Virus record (IMG/VR): IMGVR_UViG_3300042890_000947
Span: 22,230 to 86,229 of that record
DNA from: a virus
DNA: 64,000 nt
Direction: 5' to 3' (one strand)
Positions 53,804 through 63,454 of the stretch are shown in pieces (position 1 is the stretch's first letter; every line of letters begins with the position of its first letter). The translations under genes and the position numbers were made by a program. The notes beneath the pieces were generated by a model. It was not told the origin of the DNA, did not search any database, and worked only from the letters and a program-made list of their open reading frames with translations.

Positions 53804-54814
53804 ATGTCTTTGTATATTGATCGGAAATACATATCTCTCGTTTCCACTAAACTGGAACGCTTTAAACAGAAGTCGGAATTTCTCTGGAACTTCCGTTGCC
53901 CTATCTGTGGAGATTCCCATAAGAATAAGTTGAAGACGCGCGGCTATTTCTACCGTCGTAAGTCTGATCTATATTTCCAGTGTCATAACTGTGGTACATC
54001 GCTCTCTATTGGAAATTTTCTTAAGACGATTGACCGCTCACTCTATCGTGAGTATCAACTTGAACGCTACAAGAATGAGAACAAAGGTAATGTAGCAACA
54101 CCAGATTTTTCCATAGCAAAGACAAAGCCTGTATTCAATATCGTACAGAAGATAAATCTTCCTACTATCGAATCTCTACCAGAAGATCATGCAGCGAAGA
54201 AGTATCTTGTGAATCGTAAAATACCGCGCGATAGAATGAATGATATATACTACGCATCCAACTTCAAAGCGTTTGTTCTGGAGATGTTGCCTGATTATGA
54301 AAAGACTTTGTTTGAAGAACAGCGTATCATATTCCCGTTCTATGATCAAGACAAAAAGATTCTTGGTTTCCAGGGTCGTGCTATTGGTAAGTCCAAAGTT
54401 AAGTATATCACAATCAAGATGGATGAAGACTTCAAAAAAATCTACGGGCTTGATCGCGTAGATTTAACGAAGCGCGTTTATGTTGTTGAAGGTCCAATTG
54501 ATAGTCTATTCTTACAGAATTCACTTGCAACTATGGACGCTTCGTTGTATAATATTACTCTTTTGCTCGGTAATTATGACTATGTGTTCATTCATGACAA
54601 TGAGCCAAGGAATCATGACATTGTTAAGCAGATGAATAAGACAATTCGTCACGGTGATTATATTTTTATTTGGCCTCAAAATATAGTAGCAAAAGATATA
54701 AACGACTGGATCCTGACGGGAACGACACCAAGTGAGATCCAGAGTATTATAGATAGACATACATTTAATGATTTGAGAGCAAAGCTGGAGTTTGAACAAT
54801 GGAAAAAGGTGTAG
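53804..54814 (+). CDS. 61: DNA primase gp61
   Basis: CPICGDS..CHNCG Zn finger, FQGR, VEGPIDSLF, DNEPRN, KDIND. Confidence 0.95.
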   Translation: MSLYIDRKYISLVSTKLERFKQKSEFLWNFRCPICGDSHKNKLKTRGYFYRRKSDLYFQCHNCGTSLSIGNFLKTIDRSLYREYQLERYKNENKGNVATPDFSIAKTKPVFNIVQKINLPTIESLPEDHAAKKYLVNRKIPRDRMNDIYYASNFKAFVLEMLPDYEKTLFEEQRIIFPFYDQDKKILGFQGRAIGKSKVKYITIKMDEDFKKIYGLDRVDLTKRVYVVEGPIDSLFLQNSLATMDASLYNITLLLGNYDYVFIHDNEPRNHDIVKQMNKTIRHGDYIFIWPQNIVAKDINDWILTGTTPSEIQSIIDRHTFNDLRAKLEFEQWKKV

Positions 54815-55065
54815 TTAGAAAGTTTCGTAAGAAGCCTGTAACAATCGAAGCGATGCAATTGACAGATGCAAAGTCCGTGCTAGATATCGAAGATTGGATA
54901 AACAGTGGTGATGTTGGCTTTAGCACCAACCCTCCTACTCTGTGGATAGATACATTAGAAGGCCGCATGGAAGCATCTGTTGGCGATTGGATTATCAAGG
55001 GTATTGAAGGTGAGTTCTATCCTTGCAAGAATAATATTTTTATCAAGACATATCAGGAAGTATAA
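54799..55065 (+). CDS. Conserved phage protein
   Basis: FRKKPVTIEA, TLEG, GDWIIKG, EFYPCK, F.KTY. Confidence 0.75.
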   Translation: MEKGVVRKFRKKPVTIEAMQLTDAKSVLDIEDWINSGDVGFSTNPPTLWIDTLEGRMEASVGDWIIKGIEGEFYPCKNNIFIKTYQEV

Positions 55066-55068
55066 ATT

Positions 55069-55767
55069 ATGAATAGTGTGACTTTGATCGGCGTAACACA
55101 GCCGACAATCTTTATGTGTAATATTAATGATCTGCCTGAGAAGGCTAAGGACCTTCCTAACATGACCGCAGAACAGTTGATTGCTTACTGCGCCCGCGTA
55201 TCTAATCCTGCTAATCAGGACAACCCAGATAGCGAACGTCTTCTCAAGTATCTTGTGAAGAACAAGCACTGGTCACCATTTGAAATGGTACATATTGTTA
55301 TGGAGATACAGACTACCCGTGATATCGGCCGTCAGATCCTTCGTCATCGTTCTTTCTCGTTTCAGGAATTTTCACAGCGATATGCGGAAGTTCAAGAGAT
55401 GAGTGAACCGCGCGAAGCACGATTGCAGGATACAAAGAATAGACAGAATAGTATTGAAACTGATAATAACGATCTTCAAAATAGTTGGAATCTTGTACAG
55501 AATGAAATGCTATTGGCTGCCAAGACATACTATGATTGGGCAATAAAAAATGGCATCGCAAAAGAATTGGCTCGCGCTGTTTTGCCTGAAGGTCTCACTA
55601 TGTCACGGATGTATATGTCAGGATCACTCCGTTCATGGATCCACTACTGTGAACTTCGTATGGCCAACGGAACGCAGAAGGAACATAGAGAATTAGCTAC
55701 CCAGTGTTGGAATATCATTACTGAACAATTCCCCTCACTTAAGAACGTATTAGAAAACAATCAATAA
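55069..55767 (+). CDS. thyX: FAD-dependent thymidylate synthase
   Basis: HWSPFE, QILRHRSFSFQEFSQRY, TQKEH. Confidence 0.95.
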   Translation: MNSVTLIGVTQPTIFMCNINDLPEKAKDLPNMTAEQLIAYCARVSNPANQDNPDSERLLKYLVKNKHWSPFEMVHIVMEIQTTRDIGRQILRHRSFSFQEFSQRYAEVQEMSEPREARLQDTKNRQNSIETDNNDLQNSWNLVQNEMLLAAKTYYDWAIKNGIAKELARAVLPEGLTMSRMYMSGSLRSWIHYCELRMANGTQKEHRELATQCWNIITEQFPSLKNVLENNQ

Positions 55768-55786
55768 AATTTAGGAGACTACACGC

Positions 55787-57712
55787 ATGTCAGGCAGTAA
55801 TATGCTACCAACACTATATCAGGAATTCATTTATAAGAGCCGCTATGCTAAGTGGTTGTGGGATGAAAATCGTAGAGAAAACTGGGATGAAACAGTTGCT
55901 CGTTATTTCAACTTCTTTGATGAACATATCAAGGAAAATACTGGCTATACTGTTACCAAGGAAGAACGTAAGCAGCTTGAAGATGCTGTATTGAATCTTG
56001 AAATCATGCCATCCATGCGCTGTCTAATGACTGCTGGTGAAGCACTCAAGCGTGAGAATGTTGCTGGTTACAATTGCTCTTATGTTGCTGTAGATAATCC
56101 TCGTTCATTCGATGAAATCCTTTACATTCTTATGAATGGTACTGGTGTTGGTTTCTCTGTTGAGTCCAAGTTTGTTGACCAACTGCCTATCGTATCGGAT
56201 TCATTTCACGACACTGAAACAAACATCGTAGTTGCTGACTCAAAGCTTGGTTGGGCAAAGTCTCTCAAGGAACTTATTCATCTTCTTTATGCTGGTCAGG
56301 TTCCTCGTTGGGATCTTTCTAAGGTTCGTCCTGCTGGCGCACCGCTCAAGACATTTGGCGGCCGTGCTTCTGGGCCAGGCCCGCTTGAAGACCTATTTAA
56401 CTTTACTGTCGCAACATTCAAGAAGGCTGCTGGTCGTCGTTTGACCACATTGGAGGCACATGATATCGTTTGTAAGATCGCTGAAATCGTGGTTGTTGGT
56501 GGTGTTCGTAGAAGTGCTCTCATTAGCCTTTCTGATTTGTCTGACGACCGTATGCGCGTTGCCAAGTCTGGTGACTGGTGGAAAGAGAATGTTCAACGCG
56601 CTCTCGCTAACAATTCATTTGTGGCTAAAGAGAAGCCTGATGTGGGCATCTTCATGCGCGAGTGGCTTTCCCTCTATGAGTCGCGCTCTGGCGAACGCGG
56701 CATTTTCTCTAGAGCAGCGTCGAAGAAGCAGGCTGAGAAGTTTGGAAGACGAGATCCGGATCACGATTTCGGCACCAACCCATGTAGTGAAATCATTCTA
56801 CGTTCCAGAGAATTCTGTAACCTCACAGAGGTTGTCGTTAGAGGAGATGACACCCCAGAAAGTCTCAAGCGTAAGGTCAAACTCGCAACTATACTTGGTA
56901 CATTCCAATCCTCACTTACCAACTTCAAATACCTGAGCAAGAAGTGGTCTGAGAATTGTGAAGAAGAGCGTTTGCTTGGTGTGTCTCTGACAGGTATCAT
57001 GGACAACGAACACACGAATGGCACCACTTTAGGTGTTGATCTTGGAATTATGTTGGAGGAACTACGCAATGAAGCGGTCAAGACTAATAAACTTTGGGCG
57101 GCAAAACTTGGTATTCCTGTATCTGCTGCTATTACTTGCGTCAAACCTTCTGGCACCGTATCTCAGTTGGTCGATTCGGCTAGTGGTATTCATGCTCGTC
57201 ACAGTCCCTATTATATTCGTACTGTTCGCGCAGACAAGAAAGACCCACTCGCATTGATGATGAAGGACATGGGCTTCCCTGTTGAGGATGATGTGACGAA
57301 GCCTCAGCATACATATGTCTTCTCATTCCCGCAGAAGTCTCCTGATCATGCTGTGTTCCGTAAGGATCTAACTGCTATTCAACAACTTGAAATGTGGTTG
57401 ACTTATCAGCGTCATTGGTGTGAACATAAGCCATCTGTTACTGTGTCTGTTAAGGAAGAAGAATGGCCAGAAGTTGGTGCTTGGGTTTATAATCACTTTG
57501 ACGAAATGTCTGGCGTATCATTCTTGCCATTCTCAGATACAACATATAAGCAAATGCCATATCAAGATTGTACTAAAGAAGAGTACGAAGCATTATTGAT
57601 TAAAATGCCTAAGAATGTTGATTGGACTAAACTTGCTCAATATGAGAAGCAAGATACAACAACGGGAAGTCAAGAATTGGCTTGTTCAGCCGCTGGAGGA
57701 TGCGAAATTTAA
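55787..57712 (+). CDS. nrdJ: Class II (B12-dependent) ribonucleotide reductase
   Basis: PSMR, YNCS, GGVRRSA, TNPCSE, CNLTE, KPSGT, C-term CxxxxC; no beta subunit nearby. Confidence 0.9.
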   Translation: MSGSNMLPTLYQEFIYKSRYAKWLWDENRRENWDETVARYFNFFDEHIKENTGYTVTKEERKQLEDAVLNLEIMPSMRCLMTAGEALKRENVAGYNCSYVAVDNPRSFDEILYILMNGTGVGFSVESKFVDQLPIVSDSFHDTETNIVVADSKLGWAKSLKELIHLLYAGQVPRWDLSKVRPAGAPLKTFGGRASGPGPLEDLFNFTVATFKKAAGRRLTTLEAHDIVCKIAEIVVVGGVRRSALISLSDLSDDRMRVAKSGDWWKENVQRALANNSFVAKEKPDVGIFMREWLSLYESRSGERGIFSRAASKKQAEKFGRRDPDHDFGTNPCSEIILRSREFCNLTEVVVRGDDTPESLKRKVKLATILGTFQSSLTNFKYLSKKWSENCEEERLLGVSLTGIMDNEHTNGTTLGVDLGIMLEELRNEAVKTNKLWAAKLGIPVSAAITCVKPSGTVSQLVDSASGIHARHSPYYIRTVRADKKDPLALMMKDMGFPVEDDVTKPQHTYVFSFPQKSPDHAVFRKDLTAIQQLEMWLTYQRHWCEHKPSVTVSVKEEEWPEVGAWVYNHFDEMSGVSFLPFSDTTYKQMPYQDCTKEEYEALLIKMPKNVDWTKLAQYEKQDTTTGSQELACSAAGGCEI

Positions 57713-58323
57713 GATTTCTTAAAGACGCCAGAAGACCAGCCATTTTCAATATAATATTCAATCTGGTCTTCTGGTATTCTTTTATTTGTGCCTTCTTTAT
57801 TGATCCAAAAAAGATTCTTAGTAAGATTTTTTTTACCTCTATTAGGCGAAGAGATTTTACCAAGTTTCCATCCCTTAGAAAGATAATTATCAACTTCATC
57901 TAAAGCAATTCTAGTATCTTTAATGCCATTAGTCATCCATTTACTATTTTGTATCCATTTTGGCATTTTCTTTATTGCTTCTTTACCTCCCTGTTGTTTA
58001 AGATGAATCTTAGAAGGATCGTGTATACCCACTTTTTTATCTCTGGTGGCAATACCACCAGCAACAGCAAGATCAGGATTATTACTAATAGTCTCATTGG
58101 CCCTTATTCGTCCAAGTTTCATCCTCATCTTACTGATTTCAGACATGGTTACTTGACCAGATAAAGCAAGCCATGCTATACGATCTTCTTCTTTTCCGTG
58201 TTGTTCGTATAATGATTTGTGTGCTTCGGCATGTTCTTCAATAGTAAGTTTGATTAGATTAGAGGAATCGTTTGTGCCGCCCATATGTCGGGGGATGATG
58301 TGGTGAGAATGATATATAGTCAT
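57709..58323 (-). CDS. HNH homing endonuclease
   Basis: HHIIPRHMGGTNDSSNLIKLTIEEHAEAH; repeated WMTNG/WINK..GW modules. Confidence 0.85.
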   Translation of the reverse strand: MTIYHSHHIIPRHMGGTNDSSNLIKLTIEEHAEAHKSLYEQHGKEEDRIAWLALSGQVTMSEISKMRMKLGRIRANETISNNPDLAVAGGIATRDKKVGIHDPSKIHLKQQGGKEAIKKMPKWIQNSKWMTNGIKDTRIALDEVDNYLSKGWKLGKISSPNRGKKNLTKNLFWINKEGTNKRIPEDQIEYYIENGWSSGVFKKS

Positions 58324-58409
58324 ATTGCTGATGCTCCTTTTAAGCGTTAGAGTAGATGGGTGGTTCCAACACCGCGATCTACATCTATTTAGTAAACAAG
58401 GATATTGAA

Positions 58410-58571
58410 ATGACAAAAGAAGTAGAAAAGATAAAATGTAACTTCTGTGAGTCAGAATACAAAGTGCTTTACGATTATGAGGCTACGCAGGGGCAACCAA
58501 GATTCTGTTCTTTCTGCGGTGAAGAGTGTTTTGATGACGATGAGGTGGACATTGAAGAGAATGATGACTAA
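58410..58571 (+). CDS. Small zinc-ribbon protein
   Basis: CNFC..FCSFCG, acidic tail. Confidence 0.65.
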   Translation: MTKEVEKIKCNFCESEYKVLYDYEATQGQPRFCSFCGEECFDDDEVDIEENDD

Positions 58572-58725
58572 ATTATTCAGGTTGATATTCCAGCCATATA
58601 TGGAAGATGACTACGGTTCATACTATCATAGTGGAGTAGGATATACTGGTGTGACTTATAGTACTGACCAGTATGCGAGAAAGAAGCATAAGGGTATTGG
58701 ATATACAGGAGTTTACGATGAATAA
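58561..58725 (+). CDS. Hypothetical protein
   Basis: Internal GYTGV repeat; overlaps flanking genes. Confidence 0.4.
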   Translation: MMTKLFRLIFQPYMEDDYGSYYHSGVGYTGVTYSTDQYARKKHKGIGYTGVYDE

Positions 58726-59041
58726 TGATTGGACAGAAGGTTTTAAAGAAGGTTTTAAAATTGGTTTAGAAGAGGGTAAGAGAAATCAAAATCTTAATCC
58801 TGTTCCATACACTCAACCTTATAAACCTTTAAGTTTGATGAAAGACAAGTGTCCAAAGTGTGGTATTACAATTAGTGGTGTTATGAATTATACTTGTAGC
58901 AGCATTAATTGCCCAACATTCTATCAAGTAACATCTAGTGTTGGTAAACCTTTGACTGGTGCCGTAGGTTCTACTGCCCTTGACACAGATGTTCCTGGTA
59001 CTAACGGTCCAAGTGGACCTATCGACTATTCCATGAGATAA
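58718..59041 (+). CDS. Hypothetical protein with Zn-ribbon
   Basis: EGFKEGFKIG, CPKCG..C..CP. Confidence 0.55.
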   Translation: MNNDWTEGFKEGFKIGLEEGKRNQNLNPVPYTQPYKPLSLMKDKCPKCGITISGVMNYTCSSINCPTFYQVTSSVGKPLTGAVGSTALDTDVPGTNGPSGPIDYSMR

Positions 59042-59069
59042 CATACATACTCTCGAAAGGGAGTTTTGT

Positions 59070-59474
59070 ATGTGGATTTATAACAACAAGGAGATTGGTG
59101 ATGACGAGATTGAAGGTCATGCTTCATTCGTGTATATCATCACCAATCTCGAAACAGGAAAGAAATATATTGGGAAAAAAATCTTTAAGTCGATCCAAAG
59201 AAAAAAAGTCAAAGGCAAAACGCGAAGAAAAAAAGTTGAAAAAGACAGCGGATGGAAATCGTATTTTGGATCTAACATCGTCCTGCTTGGAGATGTTGAG
59301 AAACTGGGACAAGATAGATTCCGAAGAGAAATCCTAAAACTCTGTAAGACACGCGGAACGGCCTCTTACTGGGAAGCCAAGTACCAGATGGAACATGAGG
59401 TATTGGAAAAGCCAGATGAATACTATAATGAATGGATTATGGTAAAAGTTCACCGCTCTCACATTAAGTCATAA
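59070..59474 (+). CDS. GIY-YIG family nuclease
   Basis: FVYIITN..KKYIGKK, WKSYFGS, FRREIL, YYN. Confidence 0.8.
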   Translation: MWIYNNKEIGDDEIEGHASFVYIITNLETGKKYIGKKIFKSIQRKKVKGKTRRKKVEKDSGWKSYFGSNIVLLGDVEKLGQDRFRREILKLCKTRGTASYWEAKYQMEHEVLEKPDEYYNEWIMVKVHRSHIKS

Positions 59475-59550
59475 TGTCGCATTGATTTCGCAGTTGCGAA
59501 ACACTATATATTAGTAGACAATCACACAAGACTTGAAAGGAGTCCCTACC

Positions 59551-59733
59551 ATGATCGCATGGGGAAGAGCAGTAATCGGTGCTATGAACGGCTTTAAGAA
59601 TACAGAAGAAACTGGCCTGACCAGAATGTTCCGAACAGAATACGCAAAAGAGTATCAAATGATGAGAAAGAATGGTTATGAAGTTAATGACAGCTTTGTG
59701 AGAATATTCTTAGACATGAGAAAGAAGTCTTAA
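59551..59733 (+). CDS. Hypothetical protein
   Basis: AAGGAG RBS. Confidence 0.55.
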   Translation: MIAWGRAVIGAMNGFKNTEETGLTRMFRTEYAKEYQMMRKNGYEVNDSFVRIFLDMRKKS

Positions 59734-59767
59734 ACTACTATTAGTTGTATCCACTACCAAAACCAGC

Positions 59768-59840
59768 TATGCGTCCAGCGTATGGCTGGTATTCGTTTTT
59801 AGACGTTGAAATTCCGGGTTGCCAACCCCATCTATAGTAT
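59768..59840 (+). promoter_or_regulatory. 73-bp composite early promoter, copy 3
   Basis: Ungapped match to the other copies. Confidence 0.8.
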
Positions 59841-59893
59841 ATGATGATAACCCACTCCCTCTATCGCAAGTTGTATCGCTTCTTTATTGGACC

Positions 59894-59966
59894 CATGCGT
59901 CCGATGCATAGCAGATATGCGTAAACTGCCCTTGAAAAACCGACTTGCCGATCTTATCTATAGTAT
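59894..59966 (+). promoter_or_regulatory. 73-bp composite early promoter, copy 4
   Basis: Ungapped match to the other copies. Confidence 0.8.
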
Positions 59967-60278
59967 ATGACAATGAATGAGGATACCATGAGCTTCGTAG
60001 TTTTCGAGACCGCCACCACCCGCTACGCTGGGAAAAAGGCCAAGTACAATGACCCGATTTTCCCGACCATGGCTGCTGCCAAGTCTCACATGACGCGATT
60101 GATCAAGTCTGGGAAGTATACGGCCGAACAGATTGCCGTTGCCGACCGCAGCTACTTCCATGATGAGATTGAAGCGATTGTGGAGCGTACCAACCTCATG
60201 AGCGGGAAGCCGTTCTTTGAGCGTATCAATGTCCCTTACTACTGCTCGCCGTCGAGCGAAACTTACTGGAGCATGTAA
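59967..60278 (+). CDS. Hypothetical early protein
   Basis: NLMSGKPF..CSPSSETYWSM. Confidence 0.65.
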   Translation: MTMNEDTMSFVVFETATTRYAGKKAKYNDPIFPTMAAAKSHMTRLIKSGKYTAEQIAVADRSYFHDEIEAIVERTNLMSGKPFFERINVPYYCSPSSETYWSM

Positions 60279-60280
60279 GA

Positions 60281-60403
60281 ATGACCAACTCTGAAATCCG
60301 TGATTTGTTTGATTCGAATCCCAACTTGACTGTCGCGCACATTGCGCGCCGCACAGGCAAGTCTACCGCACAGATTGTCAAGATCCTTATGGAGAAGAAC
60401 TAA
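60281..60403 (+). CDS. Small HTH-like protein (40 aa)
   Basis: MTNSEIRDLFDSNPNLTVAHIARRTGKSTAQIVKILMEKN. Confidence 0.5.
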   Translation: MTNSEIRDLFDSNPNLTVAHIARRTGKSTAQIVKILMEKN

Positions 60404-60404
60404 T

Positions 60405-60674
60405 ATGGAACGCCGCGAATATAACGGTTGGACTAACTACGAAACTTGGCTCGTCAACATGTGGTTCGGCGATATCTTTACCGATATGCAGGACGAGCGT
60501 GAAGACACCTCGGCCCAGTCTTTGGAAGACTTTGTGACTTCCATGCTTGAAGATCAGGGGCAGCTTCCCGAGACCGGTTTTGCGGCCGACATTATGAATG
60601 CCGCAATGCGCCAGGTTGATTGGGAAGACCTTGCTTCTCACTATGAACTGGAAGAGGAATCGGAAGATGCTTAA
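60405..60674 (+). CDS. Conserved phage protein
   Basis: YNGWTNYETWLVNMW..VDWEDLA. Confidence 0.65.
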   Translation: MERREYNGWTNYETWLVNMWFGDIFTDMQDEREDTSAQSLEDFVTSMLEDQGQLPETGFAADIMNAAMRQVDWEDLASHYELEEESEDA

Positions 60675-60876
60675 GACCGAATATAGCCAGCGACACGGTG
60701 GCCCGTATGATCGTGGTGGTGCGGACTCTTACTACCGCCGCAACTTTGATCCGCACTATTTCGTTGGTGCGACATACTCAACTCCTCGCCGTGATTGTGA
60801 GCCAGACTCTTATGAGTGGGAAGCCTATGCAGCAGGATATAGTGACAATGAAGCGTCCGGCAACTTCAAATATTAG
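60667..60876 (+). CDS. Conserved phage protein
   Basis: RHGGPYDRGGADSYY..AYAAGY. Confidence 0.65.
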   Translation: MLKTEYSQRHGGPYDRGGADSYYRRNFDPHYFVGATYSTPRRDCEPDSYEWEAYAAGYSDNEASGNFKY

Positions 60877-60974
60877 GAATCATGTGGCGAAGGCCTTGTG
60901 GACACCAAAGTTCCGTCCGCAAGTGACGAAGAACCCCAAAGCCTATACTCGGAAAGTAAAGCACAAGGTGAAGT

Positions 60975-61157
60975 ATGCGTAAGCCCTATATTACCTATAA
61001 TGAAATTCCTCAGTTGATGCGCGAATATCTCTTGACCGTGGCCGAGAAGCGCGATATCATGGAGATACCGATTGAAGATATCAATTCCTATCTGGAAGGT
61101 CTTCATACATATTACAGCACACAAAAGGAAGAGTATTCGGAAGGTTGGATTGAGTGA
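60975..61157 (+). CDS. Hypothetical protein
   Basis: ORF with RBS. Confidence 0.45.
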   Translation: MRKPYITYNEIPQLMREYLLTVAEKRDIMEIPIEDINSYLEGLHTYYSTQKEEYSEGWIE

Positions 61158-61193
61158 TGGTTTCATATTTTTGGGAGTTACAGCCAAACGCTG

Positions 61194-61222
61194 TTGACAT
61201 GGAATGGGTTACCATATATACT
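61194..61222 (+). promoter_or_regulatory. sigma70 promoter
   Basis: TTGACA-N17-TATACT. Confidence 0.7.
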
Positions 61223-61480
61223 CCCTACTATAGACACTTTTTGTTCTATGGAAGTAACGAAGGTGTTATGTTCGTTCCCGGCACTTATCAGGAGATGATG
61301 GAAGATTATGGTTAAGTTGAAAGAAAAGATTGTTCTCAAGACCCGCAATAGTTCTTTTGTGGTATCTACTCTTGAAAATCGTATTGAGCCTGCTGTTGGT
61401 AAGGTTCTTTCGGCTGATGACGTTTCAAATCTTTTGCTTGAAGCAAAGGTTCATGGTGCCCTCACTGTAAAGGTTTACTA

Positions 61481-61843
61481 ATGGCACTACTATATACTAA
61501 GACTTCTTCAGGCCGCAAGAAGCCGTCTAAGAAGACCTTGCGTCTCCGTGAAGAGCGTAAGGCATACTTCAAGGTCGTTCTAAACGGATCAGCCAAAGAG
61601 CGGCCGATCAACTTGCCTGAGCCATTGCCGCGCAAAGAGTTACCGCCTCTCTCAAATAGCGTCGGCAATGGCTTCAAGCGTTCGGTTGAGGACTACAAGT
61701 GGAAGCGCGACCGTGAGGAATCTGCTGCTACTGTTAAGGCTATTGAAGAGAAGAAGAAGCGTCTGGCGCCTATCGCAAACAAGACTGGCTATCAGTATAT
61801 TACTGATGGTGCTGATGTTGAAACTCTTGGAAGGAAAACGTGA
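61481..61843 (+). CDS. Hypothetical basic protein
   Basis: APIANKTGYQYI motif. Confidence 0.6.
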   Translation: MALLYTKTSSGRKKPSKKTLRLREERKAYFKVVLNGSAKERPINLPEPLPRKELPPLSNSVGNGFKRSVEDYKWKRDREESAATVKAIEEKKKRLAPIANKTGYQYITDGADVETLGRKT

Positions 61844-62202
61844 TGGAAGTTTATGATGGACGGTTTGGATCTTGGGCTGACGTTCAACGTGAGTTTGATA
61901 TAGACTTGCCTGAGCCTGATGATGTAATATATGCCGAGTACGATACTCCGTATTACGAAGGTTACGCCAATGTGATCTATCGCAACGGTGATCGCTATTA
62001 CTGGGCGTATGGTTCCCACTGCTCTTGCTACGGGCTTGAGAATCAGTGGAATCCTGAAGAGTATGATGCGCGTCAACTCGTTGAGGTACTTCGTCGTGGT
62101 AACCACTGGCGCTTAAATGAAAGCGGCCGTGAAGTACAAAACTATATAATGGATGCCGTGCTGGCTTATCCTGGCAACGGTCAGTTTGGAGGACATGCGT
62201 GA
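61843..62202 (+). CDS. Hypothetical phage protein
   Basis: YEG..GSHCSCYGLENQW. Confidence 0.65.
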   Translation: MEVYDGRFGSWADVQREFDIDLPEPDDVIYAEYDTPYYEGYANVIYRNGDRYYWAYGSHCSCYGLENQWNPEEYDARQLVEVLRRGNHWRLNESGREVQNYIMDAVLAYPGNGQFGGHA

Positions 62203-62344
62203 TGAAAAAGTATACTGTTAGTTATAACATCGGTAATCACTGGTATCAATCTGAGGTCTTTACAACCAGTTCAAGTTCTGCTATTCTATGGGCAGAGACA
62301 ATTGGCGGATCTAATCCGATGGTCGTGAAGGAAGAGGAAGTATA

Positions 62345-63010
62345 GTGAAATTCGGTATCTTTTCAGACCTACATCTAGAGTTTGCGCCGTGGGAACTTAC
62401 GGTCGATCCTGATGTATTTTATCTTAATGCTGGCGACACGCATCCTGATGTTCAACTTCGGGATGCTTTTCATTTTCAGTTTAAGAGTAAAGTCTTTTTT
62501 ATCAAGGGCAATCACGACTACTACGGCAACTCGTTTCGGGATGCTGATTTAGATTTTCCAGAATCATTTGATATTGAAGGCATCAAGATCGCTGGTGCTA
62601 CTCTTTGGACTGATATCACTCCTGTTCGCTGGTGGGATTTCAAAGAGTACATGATGGACAATCGTTATATCAAGGGCATGAACTATGATCGGTACATGAG
62701 TGCTTACAGGACGCACCACGACTTCCTGTTCAACTCTGGTGCTGATATCTGGGTCATCCATCACTTGCCGTCATATCAGTCGGTACATGAAGATTACCGA
62801 AACTCAAATGGTAATGACTTCTTTGCTACGGAACTTTCGCACAAGATTCTAGAAATGAAGAAGCCGCCGAAGTTGATCGTTCATGGTCATACTCATAGAC
62901 AGTGTGATTATATGATTGGCGATACTCGCGTGATCTGTCACCCGCGCGGATACCCGAATGAGAATGCGTGGTTCGAAGATTATAAGCCGCTGATTGTGGA
63001 GGTCGAATGA
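62345..63010 (+). CDS. Calcineurin-like metallophosphoesterase
   Basis: SDLHLE, AGD, GNHD, HHLP, HGHTH. Confidence 0.9.
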   Translation: MKFGIFSDLHLEFAPWELTVDPDVFYLNAGDTHPDVQLRDAFHFQFKSKVFFIKGNHDYYGNSFRDADLDFPESFDIEGIKIAGATLWTDITPVRWWDFKEYMMDNRYIKGMNYDRYMSAYRTHHDFLFNSGADIWVIHHLPSYQSVHEDYRNSNGNDFFATELSHKILEMKKPPKLIVHGHTHRQCDYMIGDTRVICHPRGYPNENAWFEDYKPLIVEVE

Positions 63011-63255
63011 AAATCGTAGTCTATTCAAAACCCAACTGCCCTTGGTGTGTGAAAGTCAAAGAACTGATGAATAATCTTCATCTATCATATGATGAAAAGG
63101 TTCTTGGTGTGGATTATACCCGCGATGAACTGAGAGAACTGGTTGGTGAGCATTTGCCTCTGACCGTTCCTCAAATCTTCATTAACGATAGACGAATTGG
63201 CGGATATGAAGACTTTGCTGATTGGTGTGATAATCATGGATTTGGAAATGAATGA
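63007..63255 (+). CDS. nrdC: Glutaredoxin
   Basis: CPWC, TVPQIF, IGGY. Confidence 0.88.
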   Translation: MKIVVYSKPNCPWCVKVKELMNNLHLSYDEKVLGVDYTRDELRELVGEHLPLTVPQIFINDRRIGGYEDFADWCDNHGFGNE

Positions 63256-63454
63256 ACCTGAATATGTAAATCAAGTAAACGAGAAGACATTAGAGGCTAC
63301 TGAAAAGTTCCTTGATCGCCGAGCTTCGATCTTTATAGAAGAAGCCATTGCTCATTACAATGGACGATACGGTGTAAAAAAGACTAGACAGTATCTCCAA
63401 TATATGCTAGACTATCTTGAAGAGTTTGAAACAGAGGAAAGAAAAGATGTATAA
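63248..63454 (+). CDS. Hypothetical protein
   Basis: Overlapping start/stop in operon. Confidence 0.5.
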   Translation: MNEPEYVNQVNEKTLEATEKFLDRRASIFIEEAIAHYNGRYGVKKTRQYLQYMLDYLEEFETEERKDV

